The translations under genes were made by a program, and so were the position numbers. A stretch of 61,278 nt of DNA, counting the filler, from an uncultured bacterium (GTDB taxonomy: Bacteria; CAYJOG01), in assembly GCA_964371695.1 (NCBI GenBank). It is 9 parts of 9 records of this genome, joined end to end, with 100 filler letters (N's around TTAATTAATTAA, not from the genome) between each part and the next. Parts side by side here need not be neighbours in the genome. Positions count along the whole stretch, not along the records: positions 6,896 to 13,655 come from CAYJOG010000162.1; positions 13,756 to 20,514 come from CAYJOG010000163.1; 7 more parts are not named here. One strand, written 5' to 3'. Of this stretch, positions 8,035 through 17,427 are shown piece after piece (position 1 is the first letter of the stretch; each line of letters starts with the position of its first letter). The notes beneath the pieces are model-generated. The model searched no databases. It was not told the DNA's origin and saw only the letters and a list, made by a program, of their open reading frames with translations.

Positions 8035-9075
8035 TTAGGTGCGATTAAACCCGCCGCTGCCCGCGAGCGCCATGAACTGGTGCAGTTCGCGCCACATGGG
8101 CGGGTTGGCGGTGATGGTGCTGATGTGTCCGGCGGGGTAAAGGTGAAAGTGGAGCAGCTTCCACTTGTTGGCGAACATCAGGGCATGGTCGGGCGGCACC
8201 AGATGGTCAAACTCGCCGTTGGCCATGAAGATGCTGTCTGGGTTCTGCAGCAGCTTCATGTGCAGGGGGCTGAGCAGTGTGTCCATGCGCGGGTCGGTGC
8301 GGATGGGGTGGTCGTGGCCCATTTCTTTTTCGTAACCCAGAATCTCCTCGCCCAGGTCTTCAAACCGCAGAAACGCCTCCAGGGTGTCCACCACCGCCAC
8401 CACCGACATGCCAAAGTCAAAATCGCGGCACACGCAGCTCAGCAGCAGGCCCAGATAGGCCCCCAGGCTGATGCCGAAATAACCAATGGCGGGCGTGGGG
8501 GTGTTGTGCCGCAGCCAGGCCGCCAGGGCGCGGATGTCCAGCACGCATTGCAGCATCACCGAGAGCACCCAGTCGGCATTGGCCCGCAGGGCCAGGTCGC
8601 CGCTGTTCACGTGGGGGGGCGTGCGGCTCATGTGATAGGGCAGGTCAATGAGCACGCCGTTCATGCCATGCACCCGGAACCAGAAGGGCAACTGGTCCAT
8701 GCCCGCATAGTCGGGCATCACCAGACCGTGCAGGATGATGACCGTGGGCCGGGGCTTTTGGTCGCGGTGTTTCGCCCACACCACGCGCACCCGGTTGTTG
8801 CCGGGAAAGGGTGTGGTAAGCGGGCTGGGGAAGGTTCCCTCGTAAGTGTCCAGCCCCGCCAGGGCATAACGCGAAACGGTTTTTTGCCAGCGGATGGCGG
8901 GGGTTTCCTTGAGACCGAAAAAAGCCTGGGGGTCTTTGGTGGAGCGGCCAATCAGCAGGTGGCGCACATCGGGCACGGGGGCCTTGGGCAAATCCTGTGT
9001 GCCTTTCATGGCCTTGGCGGTGTCGCCATAGGCCTGGGCCACGCCGTCCATGAGTTCAGAGAGAATCTTGTACAT
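8035..9075 (-). CDS. Alpha/beta hydrolase (ABHD18-like)
   Basis: IILHG, LPYHMSR, GISLG nucleophile elbow, DHLVPP, and AGHI catalytic His. Confidence 0.8.
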   Translation of the reverse strand: MYKILSELMDGVAQAYGDTAKAMKGTQDLPKAPVPDVRHLLIGRSTKDPQAFFGLKETPAIRWQKTVSRYALAGLDTYEGTFPSPLTTPFPGNNRVRVVWAKHRDQKPRPTVIILHGLVMPDYAGMDQLPFWFRVHGMNGVLIDLPYHMSRTPPHVNSGDLALRANADWVLSVMLQCVLDIRALAAWLRHNTPTPAIGYFGISLGAYLGLLLSCVCRDFDFGMSVVAVVDTLEAFLRFEDLGEEILGYEKEMGHDHPIRTDPRMDTLLSPLHMKLLQNPDSIFMANGEFDHLVPPDHALMFANKWKLLHFHLYPAGHISTITANPPMWRELHQFMALAGSGGFNRT

Positions 9076-9140
9076 GAGCGGCAGTTTAGCGGGTAAGAAT
9101 TATGGCGGTTCAGGAGTTTTTAGTCGTCTAATATGGCGGT

Positions 9141-10337
9141 GTGAAATCCGTTCGCTTTGGGAAATTCCGCCTTGTGGCCATGGCCTTGCTGGCCCTTGGC
9201 CTGATTGTTCTGGGGCGGGCCGCCCTGGTGCGGGCAGGGGGTGAAGGCCGCTGCCCTGACGGTTTTGACGAGGTGAACACCGGCTGCATTTTTCACGACG
9301 AGGCCCTGGCCTTTGACATTCCCCCCAACGGCCTGCTGCGGCCCTGGCCCGCCATGGGAGACGCAGCGGTGGCCTCGGTGAATCTGCGCACGGTGGCCCT
9401 GGGGCGGCTTCTGTTTTTTGACCCCATCGTGAGCGGCGACAACACCGCCAGTTGCGCCCACTGTCACGACCCCACACAGGGACTGGCCGACGGCCAGCGC
9501 CTGAGCCGAGGCAAGGGGGCCACCGGCGTGGGGCTGAAACGCCAGGGGGGCAAAACCCTGCGCCGCCACACCCCCAGCATTTACAACAGCGCCTTTGACG
9601 GGTTTCTGTTCTGGGACGGCCGGGCGCGCTCGCTGGAACATCAGGCCATGTTTCCCATCACCAGCGCCGACGAAATGGATCAACGCCTGGACCTGCTGGC
9701 GGAGGAACTCACCCAAATCGCAGAATACCGCCGGTTGTTTGCAGAAGCCTTTGGTCAGGACGAAAAAGACGCCGTGAGCATTCCGAACATCCTCACGGCC
9801 CTCTCGGCGTTTGAGCGCACGCTGCTGTCCACCAACAGCCGTTATGACCGTTATGTGCTGGGAGACGAAACCGCGCTCACCGACGCCGAAAAACGGGGGC
9901 TGAATGTGTTTCGCGGCCTGAACACCCGGTGTTTTGAGTGTCATGTGCCGCCCAGTTTTTCGGGCACTGGGCTGTTTACGGTGGGGGTGCCGCCGGTGAA
10001 GGGCGACCCGCCTGACATCGGGGCCATGGAGCAGAACCCCACCGAAGGCATGCGGGAGTCCTTCAAGGTGCCCACCCTGCGCAACATCGCCCTCACCGCG
10101 CCCTACATGCACAACGGCAGCATGAAAACCCTTGAGGAAATCATCGATTTTTATGGCAAGGGGGGCGGCGCAGGCGTGGGGCACGACCTGCCCAACATCA
10201 ACCGGCAGGTGATGAAGTTCAAACTGCACGGCACCGAAAAAGAAGACCTCGTGGTGTTTCTGAAATCCCTCACCGACGACAGCCGCAAACCCATACCCCC
10301 CGAAAAAGTCCCCAGCGGCCTGCCGGTGATGAAATAG
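9141..10337 (+). CDS. Di-heme cytochrome c peroxidase (CcP/MauG superfamily)
   Basis: LGRLLFFDP, CAHCH, FWDGRA, CFECH, FKVPTLRNIALTAPYMHNG; signal peptide. Confidence 0.92.
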   Translation: MKSVRFGKFRLVAMALLALGLIVLGRAALVRAGGEGRCPDGFDEVNTGCIFHDEALAFDIPPNGLLRPWPAMGDAAVASVNLRTVALGRLLFFDPIVSGDNTASCAHCHDPTQGLADGQRLSRGKGATGVGLKRQGGKTLRRHTPSIYNSAFDGFLFWDGRARSLEHQAMFPITSADEMDQRLDLLAEELTQIAEYRRLFAEAFGQDEKDAVSIPNILTALSAFERTLLSTNSRYDRYVLGDETALTDAEKRGLNVFRGLNTRCFECHVPPSFSGTGLFTVGVPPVKGDPPDIGAMEQNPTEGMRESFKVPTLRNIALTAPYMHNGSMKTLEEIIDFYGKGGGAGVGHDLPNINRQVMKFKLHGTEKEDLVVFLKSLTDDSRKPIPPEKVPSGLPVMK

Positions 10338-10474
10338 CGACCAAAATCCTGTCAAAAAACAGCCGCCGGGGTGGATGCTGAGGGGTGTTGATAACCCGTG
10401 CCCTGCCCAAAACACAGAAAGTTTTCAGGGGGGCTTTACGAAAACGCCTCTCAGGACGATGATTCCCCAGAGAC

Positions 10475-11263
10475 ATGAAATTCAGCCTGATTCTGCCTGC
10501 CTACAACGAAGAAGCCCGCCTGCCGGGCACTTTGGGTAATCTGGCGGCCTTTCAGTGGCCCCAGGGGGTGATCCCCGAAGTCATGGTGGTGTGTGACGGC
10601 TGCACCGACAACACCGCCGGTGTGGCGCGGGGGTTCCGGGGGGTCATTCCCAACCTGAAGGTGCTGGAACTGCCCCGCAACCAGGGCAAGGGGGGCGCGG
10701 TGGCGGCGGGCATGGTCTCTGCGGGCGGCGACTGGCTGCTGTTCACCGACGCCGACGAAAGTTATCCCTTCGCCCACCATCTGCCCCTGATGATTCAGGC
10801 GGCCCGCCAGCAACCCCAGGCCGACGTGTTCATCGGCTGTCGCGCCCACCCCGAAAGTGTCTCCGACGAAGCCCATCCGCCGCTCTTGCGCCGCCTGATG
10901 AGCGCCACCTATTCGCGTCTCACCCACCTGTTGTTGTATCAGGGCCTGCCCGACAGCCAGGCGGGGCTCAAGATGTTCCGCCGCAACGCCGCCCACCTGC
11001 TGTTTCCGCAAATCACCATCACCGGATTCGGTTTTGACACCGAGTTGCTCTATCTGGCCCAGAAGGGTGGTTTTGTCATCCACCGTCTGCCGGTGCAGGT
11101 GCGCCACATGCCCGAAAGCAGTGTGCGGCCCATTCCCGACAGCCTGAGCATGGTGGCCAACCTGTTCACCATCCGAAAGAGGCACCGTGCCCCTTTGGCC
11201 AAACCCCAGGGCCAGCCGGTGGCGCTGGCGGCTGAGTTTCCCTCGGTGGTCAAGCAGGCGTAG
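10475..11263 (+). CDS. GT2 glycosyltransferase, dolichyl-phosphate glucosyltransferase-like
   Basis: LILPAYNEEARL, DGCTDNT, NQGKGGAV, FTDAD, DSQAGLKMF, GFGFDTELL. Confidence 0.9.
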   Translation: MKFSLILPAYNEEARLPGTLGNLAAFQWPQGVIPEVMVVCDGCTDNTAGVARGFRGVIPNLKVLELPRNQGKGGAVAAGMVSAGGDWLLFTDADESYPFAHHLPLMIQAARQQPQADVFIGCRAHPESVSDEAHPPLLRRLMSATYSRLTHLLLYQGLPDSQAGLKMFRRNAAHLLFPQITITGFGFDTELLYLAQKGGFVIHRLPVQVRHMPESSVRPIPDSLSMVANLFTIRKRHRAPLAKPQGQPVALAAEFPSVVKQA

Positions 11264-11341
11264 CGCCCATTGGGGCGCCCAGCCGCGAGAAGGCGATAGC
11301 CCGCCGCTACTCCAAAAAGGTTTGCGGCGATGGGCTTAAGC

Positions 11342-12652
11342 CTACAAGCCAAACCGTCTGCGGTAATAGGTGTTGAAGATGTCAAAGGGCACCAGGCCCC
11401 GCTCGGTGAGATAGGCCATGTGGCACTGGCTGGCTTCTTCCAGATCAATGCTGTCGTCGTTGTGAAATTTCTCGATGGTGAAAAACAGGCAGCCCCTGGG
11501 CAGGGTGCTGGTTTCAAAGTTCAAAAACGCCTTGAGGTTTTTGAGAATCTCCCACGCCAGCGCCCGGTGTTTCACCGCGCCGCCCAGTGTGGCCAGACGG
11601 TTCACCGGCACAATGCGGTCTCCCTGCTGAAAAAGCACGATGGGGTAGATGCTGAGTTTCTGCGTGAGGTGTTCGTCGCGCCGCAGCACCGCCAGCCGTC
11701 TGAAGAGGTCCATGCTTTCCAGAAAATCCCAGCGGGTGACCTGGCCGTCCAGGTCGTCCTCCAGCGCTTCCATCACGTCGATCACGTGGGTGCTGTGCTG
11801 GGGGGTCTGGTTTTTGTGAATGGAGCTGTGGGGATAGGTGCTGCACCAGAAGGTGTCGTTGCTCTTCAGGCCAAACCGCACGATTTTGGCCACCTCGCGC
11901 AGGTTCACGTCTTTTTTGACCATGGTGGCCAGTTGCAGCCTCATGCCCGCGCCGTTCACCGCCTTGAAAATCGCCTCTTTCATGGGCATCAGGTCGTTGC
12001 GTTTGCGCAGCTTTTGGTGGACTTCTTCGCTGAAGCCGTCGAACTGCAACACTACCCACCGCAACCCGGCACCGTGCAGGGTTTGCAGATAACCCGGTTT
12101 GAGCAGGCGGCTGCCGTTGGTCACCAAGCGGCTGAGATAACCCAGCTCGGTGCAATATCGCAGCATCTCCGGCAAACCGGCGTGCACCGTGGGCTCGCCC
12201 CCCACAAACACCAGATTGGGCGTGTGGCCCGGTTTGGGTTTGGGCAGCAGGGTTTTCAGACGTTCCAGCGTCATGTCCTCGCGGTGCGGCAGGTTGGTCT
12301 CGCTGAAACACACCGGGCAGTCATAGTTGCAGCGCTCGGTCACGTTGATCATCAGGGTGGTGCTGCGGTCCCAGTGGTCGTGGCAAATCTCGCCCTTGGC
12401 GCACACCAGTTCGTGGCAGATGGTGTGGGTGTGGATGCGCCGGTCTGCTTCGCGGAAAAACACCGCGTCGCGCCAGTAGTGGGTGAAAAATTCGCCGTGT
12501 TCGGGACAGGTCTTGCGCATCCACACGTCGCCTTCAAACACCTCCAGCGTGGCGGGCAACATGCCCAGGCACTGCGGGCAGAGTGAGGACGTGTGCTTGA
12601 GAACTTCGCCCGTGGCGGCGGCCTGTGGTGTGGTGAGCGGCGCGGTGGGCAT
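11342..12652 (-). CDS. Radical SAM protein of the MJ0619/Tes (tetraether synthase, GDGT-MAS)-like family
   Basis: N-terminal SLCPQC...KTCPEHG, then C-x4-C-x5-C-x2-H, radical SAM CNYDCPVCF, GGEPT, TNG, LQFDG, and C-terminal IDLEEASQCHMAY...VPFDIFN. Confidence 0.82.
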   Translation of the reverse strand: MPTAPLTTPQAAATGEVLKHTSSLCPQCLGMLPATLEVFEGDVWMRKTCPEHGEFFTHYWRDAVFFREADRRIHTHTICHELVCAKGEICHDHWDRSTTLMINVTERCNYDCPVCFSETNLPHREDMTLERLKTLLPKPKPGHTPNLVFVGGEPTVHAGLPEMLRYCTELGYLSRLVTNGSRLLKPGYLQTLHGAGLRWVVLQFDGFSEEVHQKLRKRNDLMPMKEAIFKAVNGAGMRLQLATMVKKDVNLREVAKIVRFGLKSNDTFWCSTYPHSSIHKNQTPQHSTHVIDVMEALEDDLDGQVTRWDFLESMDLFRRLAVLRRDEHLTQKLSIYPIVLFQQGDRIVPVNRLATLGGAVKHRALAWEILKNLKAFLNFETSTLPRGCLFFTIEKFHNDDSIDLEEASQCHMAYLTERGLVPFDIFNTYYRRRFGL

Positions 12653-12672
12653 GGAGGATTNNNNNNNNNNGA

Positions 12673-13557
12673 TTACGATTGTGCCACGCTTTTTTCCCGT
12701 TCCTGAAACAACTGCGAAAACGCGCCCCTGATTTTTTCGTGGCTGCGGGGCACCAGATTTTCTTCCAGTACGCGCCACCACACGGCGCATTCGGTGCTGG
12801 CGTCTTCCAGGGCGGTGGCCAGCTGCACCACTTCCAGGGGGTCCAGCAGTTCCGGTGCGCTTTCCAGCAGGGGCAGCCACACCTCGGCGGCAGATTGTGT
12901 GGCCCCCTCGGCCAGCAAAAGCGAGCCCAGCACCCGGCGGGTCTGGGGGTTTTCAAACTGCGTCAGGCTGTCTTCGAGCAGGTGGGTGGCCGCCTGCAAA
13001 AATCCGCTGTTCCGGTACAACAGCGCCAGTTCCCGCGACAGCAGGGGATCTTGCGGATAGTGCATCAGCCCCTGACGAAAGGCCATCAGCCCCTGGCTCA
13101 CCTTGCCCTGCTGAAACAGGTTGCGGCCCAGATGCACATATTCCTGCCCGGCGTCGTGCCCCTTGCGGGCCGATTCGTTGCGGAAGGACAACACGGTGGC
13201 GGGGTCGTTTTTTTCCATCAGTTCGCGGCTTTGCCGGGCAATGAGCAGATAACGGTGGGTGTGCAGCAGGGCATACAGCGCGGGCCATTCCTCGGCCATG
13301 CGCAGGCGCAGGTGCTGGCGCAGGTCGCGCAGCAGGTTGGGGGGCAGGCCGGTGTCCGCCAAAAGAATCTCGCGGATGCGCACCGTCTCCATTTCGATTT
13401 CCCCTTCATCCAGCGCCGGGGCCTCGCTGAAACGCTGGCTGATGAGGCCGATGAGTTTGGGCCAAAGCTCCTGATCCACCAGGGGCAGAGACTTTTGCCG
13501 GGTGGTTCTGTGCCCCAGAGCGCGGGCCAGAATCACCAATAAATCATCGTGCTGCAT
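12673..13557 (-). CDS. Hypothetical helical/TPR-containing protein
   Basis: TPR-like segments (YVHLGRNLFQQGKVSQGLMAFRQGLMHYPQDP; LALLYRNSG); TATACT 9 nt before ATG 13557. Confidence 0.65.
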   Translation of the reverse strand: MQHDDLLVILARALGHRTTRQKSLPLVDQELWPKLIGLISQRFSEAPALDEGEIEMETVRIREILLADTGLPPNLLRDLRQHLRLRMAEEWPALYALLHTHRYLLIARQSRELMEKNDPATVLSFRNESARKGHDAGQEYVHLGRNLFQQGKVSQGLMAFRQGLMHYPQDPLLSRELALLYRNSGFLQAATHLLEDSLTQFENPQTRRVLGSLLLAEGATQSAAEVWLPLLESAPELLDPLEVVQLATALEDASTECAVWWRVLEENLVPRSHEKIRGAFSQLFQEREKSVAQS

Positions 13558-13616
13558 GTCGGGTTCAGTATAGCTTTGCGCTGGCGGGTGGCGGCCCATG
13601 GCTGTTCGGTTTATTT

Positions 13617-13655
13617 GTAGCCCCGGCGTCCCGCCGGGAGCAAAAAAAAATGCCG
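13617..13655. repeat. REPIN-like element, partial copy at contig end
   Basis: GTAGCCCCGGCGTCCCGCCGGGAGC followed by an A-run, as in copy 1. Confidence 0.9.
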
Positions 13656-13755
13656 NNNNNNNNNNNNNNNNNNNNNNNNNNNNNNNNNNNNNNNNNNNNT
13701 TAATTAATTAANNNNNNNNNNNNNNNNNNNNNNNNNNNNNNNNNNNNNNNNNNNN
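13656..13755. other. Artificial contig spacer
   Basis: N44-TTAATTAATTAA-N44. Confidence 0.98.
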
Positions 13756-14919
13756 GTGCCGGACACCGTGGCCGCCGTGCCTGCGCCAAGGCCCGCTTCT
13801 GCGCCCGTCATCGGTTTGAGGGCAGCGCCGGAGCGGCCCGCCTTTCAGCCAGAGCCGGACGCCCCCCGCGTGGACAGGCAGGCCCTGCGCCTGACGAAAA
13901 CGGCTCCTCCCCACGATGAATGGGCCGAACCAGAGGCCGCCGAAGAGGATTACGTCCCGGTCCCCAGCCGCACCTATGCCCAGGCGCCCTCCCCCGCCGA
14001 AAAATCCGCCATCAAAATGGCCACCCCGCAGGAAGAATCCCTGGATTGCCAGTTGGCCCGCATGGCCACGGACCTGCAACGGGAGGGGTTTGACGTGTCT
14101 TCCACCGCCGGATGCAGCGCGCCGGTGGGTTATCTGGTGGCGCTTTATGACGATCAGGACGAAGCCACCGAAATGGCCCAGGAACTGCGGGCCGAGGATT
14201 ATGAAGTGGTGATGGTGAACCGGCCCGATGGCAAGGTGGAGGTGCGCATCGACGACACCCTGCTCAAAGGCAACGCCGCCCAGGCCCGCCCCAGCCCCAG
14301 CAAGAGTGTGCGGGGGGTTCAAAAAGCGCCGTCCCGCAGCGATAGCCTGGGCAGGCTGGAAGAGGCCGAATCCACACCCGGCGAGTCGACTTTTTCCATG
14401 GAGCCGGAAGGCTCCAGCCGCACTGGCGCACGGGAGAACGACTCGCTTTCGAGCCTGTTGAAAGAGGCTCCGCAACCCACCGCCCGCGCCGCCGCGCCGC
14501 CCGAAGAAGAAAGCCCCAATCTGGAACACCTTTATCAGCCCCCCACGCGGGCGACCGCCCCACAAACCGGCTGGAACCCCGAAGCCGCGTGGCAACCCGC
14601 CGCCCCTGCGCCCGTGATGGAAGAACCCGCGCCGGTTTATGCCCAGGCCCCCTGGCGGCGCAGCACGTCGCCCCAGGCTCGCCCTGTCACCGCGCTCGAC
14701 CCCATCCTGGCCCGCCTGCCCCCCAGCGCCCCGCCGTCTCAGGAATCCCGGCCCCTGGAACGCCCGGAACCAGCGGGCGAGGCCGCGCCGGTCATGAAAC
14801 GGTTTTATCCCGCGCGCCCCAGCTTTGTGCCCAGCCGCCCCCAGAGCGAAGGCAGTTATCGCCCCAGCGCTCCCGCCGCCCCCGCACCCTCTGAAGACAT
14901 TTTTGACCTGCTGTATTGA
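13756..14919 (+). CDS. Pro/Ala/Glu-rich hypothetical protein with possible SPOR-like domain (5' truncated)
   Basis: Open frame from the contig start; mostly low complexity with one ordered segment YLVALYDDQDEATEMAQELRAEDYEVVMVNRPDGKVEVRI. Confidence 0.6.
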   Translation: MPDTVAAVPAPRPASAPVIGLRAAPERPAFQPEPDAPRVDRQALRLTKTAPPHDEWAEPEAAEEDYVPVPSRTYAQAPSPAEKSAIKMATPQEESLDCQLARMATDLQREGFDVSSTAGCSAPVGYLVALYDDQDEATEMAQELRAEDYEVVMVNRPDGKVEVRIDDTLLKGNAAQARPSPSKSVRGVQKAPSRSDSLGRLEEAESTPGESTFSMEPEGSSRTGARENDSLSSLLKEAPQPTARAAAPPEEESPNLEHLYQPPTRATAPQTGWNPEAAWQPAAPAPVMEEPAPVYAQAPWRRSTSPQARPVTALDPILARLPPSAPPSQESRPLERPEPAGEAAPVMKRFYPARPSFVPSRPQSEGSYRPSAPAAPAPSEDIFDLLY

Positions 14920-14927
14920 GCGGCGGC

Positions 14928-16145
14928 TCAGTCCAGGGTTTCTTTGTCGTCAACAACCTTGCGCCCGCCGCTGAAGAGTGTGCGGCGAAAGCGTTTGGCC
15001 TCGTCTTTGGGTTTGAACGGGTGGCTGCGGGGGCCTATCCAGCCTTTGCTCCAGAAGAACGCCATCTGGGCCGAGGCGAACAGGCCCATGATGCCCAGCA
15101 CCAGCGGATAACCAAAATGCCAGTTCAGCTCCGGCATGCTCAAGGGGCCTGTTTTGGTGTTGAAGTTCATGCCATAAATGCCCGCCACAAACGACAGCGG
15201 CATGAAGATGGTGCTGATGATGGTGAGTACCCGCATGACCTCGCCCTGCTGGTTGGCGGTGTGGGAAAGGTGCAGGGCGGTGAGGTCGCTGTTCAGCTCC
15301 CGGCACACCTCCAGCATTTCCATGATCTGCTGCAGGTGGTCCTGGCAGTCGCGCAAAAAAAGTTTGGTGGGGCTGGTGATGGGGGTTTCGTCTTCCTGCA
15401 AAAGGTTGTTCACCGCTTCGCGCAGGGGCCACACCGCTTGGCGCATTTCCAGCAGGTCGCGCTTGAGCGCGTGGATTTCGGGCAGTTTGCTTTCTTCGTA
15501 GTGATGAATCACCGTTTCTTCCATGGTGTTGAGGTGGTTCAGCAGTTGTTCGAGCACGGGAAAATAACTTTCCACCACGGTGTCCAGGATGGCATAAGCC
15601 AGATAATCCGTGCCCAGATGCCGAATGCGCCCCCGGCCATAATGCAGGCGGTCCTTGAGCGGTTGCAGCAGGCCCGAAGGTTCATCCTCAAAACTCAGCA
15701 GCACGCCCGCGCCGGCCCACAGGCACACCTGGCCCAGGCACAGGTGGTTGTCCTGCAACTTCACGGTGCGCATGAGCACAAAGGTGCCTTCTTCATAAAG
15801 CTCTGCTTTGGGGCGCTGGCCGGGGTGGGCGATTTCTTCCACCACCAGGGGATGCATGTGAAAAACCTCACCCACCTGGGTGAGCAGGTCCTCGTGGCCC
15901 AGGTTCTGGATTTGCAGCCACGTGACGGGATATTGGGCCATGTAATCCTGCAACTGGTCCAGCGAATCAACGGTCTCTTCGGTCTGGTAATCCGGGCCAT
16001 AGGCGGTGACGGTGAGGATGGCGGGGGGATATTCCCGCGCCGCCGACACGTCGCCGTGGGCCATGTCCACCGGCGGACGGCGCGAGATGCGCATTTTGCG
16101 TGAGGGGCGATGTTTGTGGTTTTTTCCGTTGAAGGGCAGGACCAT
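14928..16145 (-). CDS. corA: Magnesium/cobalt transporter CorA
   Basis: HPLVVEEI, QRPKAE, VMRVLTIISTIFMPLSFVAGIYGMNF, MPELNWHFGY. Start uncertain. Confidence 0.93.
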   Translation of the reverse strand: MVLPFNGKNHKHRPSRKMRISRRPPVDMAHGDVSAAREYPPAILTVTAYGPDYQTEETVDSLDQLQDYMAQYPVTWLQIQNLGHEDLLTQVGEVFHMHPLVVEEIAHPGQRPKAELYEEGTFVLMRTVKLQDNHLCLGQVCLWAGAGVLLSFEDEPSGLLQPLKDRLHYGRGRIRHLGTDYLAYAILDTVVESYFPVLEQLLNHLNTMEETVIHHYEESKLPEIHALKRDLLEMRQAVWPLREAVNNLLQEDETPITSPTKLFLRDCQDHLQQIMEMLEVCRELNSDLTALHLSHTANQQGEVMRVLTIISTIFMPLSFVAGIYGMNFNTKTGPLSMPELNWHFGYPLVLGIMGLFASAQMAFFWSKGWIGPRSHPFKPKDEAKRFRRTLFSGGRKVVDDKETLD

Positions 16146-16261
16146 GAGGGTGAGGCATTCTAATCCTTCGCCCAACAAAAGAAATGTGACGCCGGTGCAG
16201 GGTGGGGCTTGGCATCGTGGTGAGTCATGCTGCTAGACTCCCCCACGCAAAGGAGCACCTC

Positions 16262-17413
16262 ATGGCAAAAGACCTGTATTTCAGTGAAGACCACCAGCTT
16301 TTCCGCAAAAACCTGCGGGAGTTCATTGACCGGGAAATCAACCCCCGTGTTGAGGAATGGGAGGCCGCCGAGGCTTGGCCCGCACACGAGATCTTCAAAA
16401 AAATGGGCGACGCAGGGTTTCTCGGCATCACCATGGATCCGAAGTGGGGCGGCCAGGGGCTGGATTTCTGGTTTGATCTGGTTTTTCTGGAGGAGCTGGG
16501 GCGCATTGACACCGCCGGTGTGTCGGTGCCCATTTCGGTGCAGACCCACATGGCCACGCCCGCGCTGCATCAGTTTGGCACTGACATGCTCAAGGAGCGT
16601 TATCTGAAACCCGCGCTGGCGGGGGACATGGTGACGGCCATCGCCGTGACCGAGCCCGACGCGGGCAGCGACGTGGCGGGACTGAAAACCCGCGCCCGCA
16701 AGGTGGGGGACAAATACATCATCAACGGCTCCAAAACGTTCATCACCAACGGCGCGCAGGCCGACTGGGTGGCCCTGCTGGCCCGCACCAGCGACGAACC
16801 CGGCCACCGGTGCTTCACCCTGTTTGTGGTGCCCACCGACACACCGGGTTTCCACGTGAGCCGCAAGCTCAAAAAGATGGGCTGGAAATGTAGCGACACC
16901 TGCATTTTGGCTTTTGAAGACATGGAGATTCCGGCGGATCACGTGATTGGCATGGAGAACATGGGCTTTATTTATCAGATGCAGCAGTTCCAGCACGAGC
17001 GGCTTTCCACCGCCAGTTGTTACATGTTCTGCGAAAAACTCATCAACACGACGGTGAAATATCTGAATGAGCGTCAGGCATTTGGCCGCCCCCTCATCAA
17101 GCGCCAAGCCATCCGCCACCGTTTGGCCGAGTTGCAGGCCGAGGTGGAAAGTGTGCGGTTCCTATTCTACCACTGCGTGAAGATGATGGAGGCCGGACAG
17201 GACGCCACGCGGTATATCAGCATGGGCAAGCTCAAGGGCGCACGGGTGGCGCGCAAGGTGGCCGATGAATGCATGCAGTTCTACGGCGGCAACGGTTATC
17301 TCGAAGAGTACCCGGTGGCGCGGGCTTACCGGGACATCCGCGTGATCAGCATTGGCGGCGGCGCGGATGAAGTGATGCTGGAGATCATCGCCAAAACCGG
17401 CAACATCGGCTGA
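16262..17413 (+). CDS. Acyl-CoA dehydrogenase
   Basis: AVTEPDAGSD, INGSKTFITNG, RQAFGRPL, QFYGGNGYLEEYPVARAYRD, IGGGADEVM; AAGGAG RBS before ATG 16262. Confidence 0.95.
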   Translation: MAKDLYFSEDHQLFRKNLREFIDREINPRVEEWEAAEAWPAHEIFKKMGDAGFLGITMDPKWGGQGLDFWFDLVFLEELGRIDTAGVSVPISVQTHMATPALHQFGTDMLKERYLKPALAGDMVTAIAVTEPDAGSDVAGLKTRARKVGDKYIINGSKTFITNGAQADWVALLARTSDEPGHRCFTLFVVPTDTPGFHVSRKLKKMGWKCSDTCILAFEDMEIPADHVIGMENMGFIYQMQQFQHERLSTASCYMFCEKLINTTVKYLNERQAFGRPLIKRQAIRHRLAELQAEVESVRFLFYHCVKMMEAGQDATRYISMGKLKGARVARKVADECMQFYGGNGYLEEYPVARAYRDIRVISIGGGADEVMLEIIAKTGNIG

Positions 17414-17427
17414 GCATCACCTCCGCC

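Noticed and set aside
10379..10453. Possible degenerate MITE related to 41792-41940
   Set aside because: The left end is similar (GGGTGTTGATAA) but the right end pairs poorly and there is no clear target duplication.
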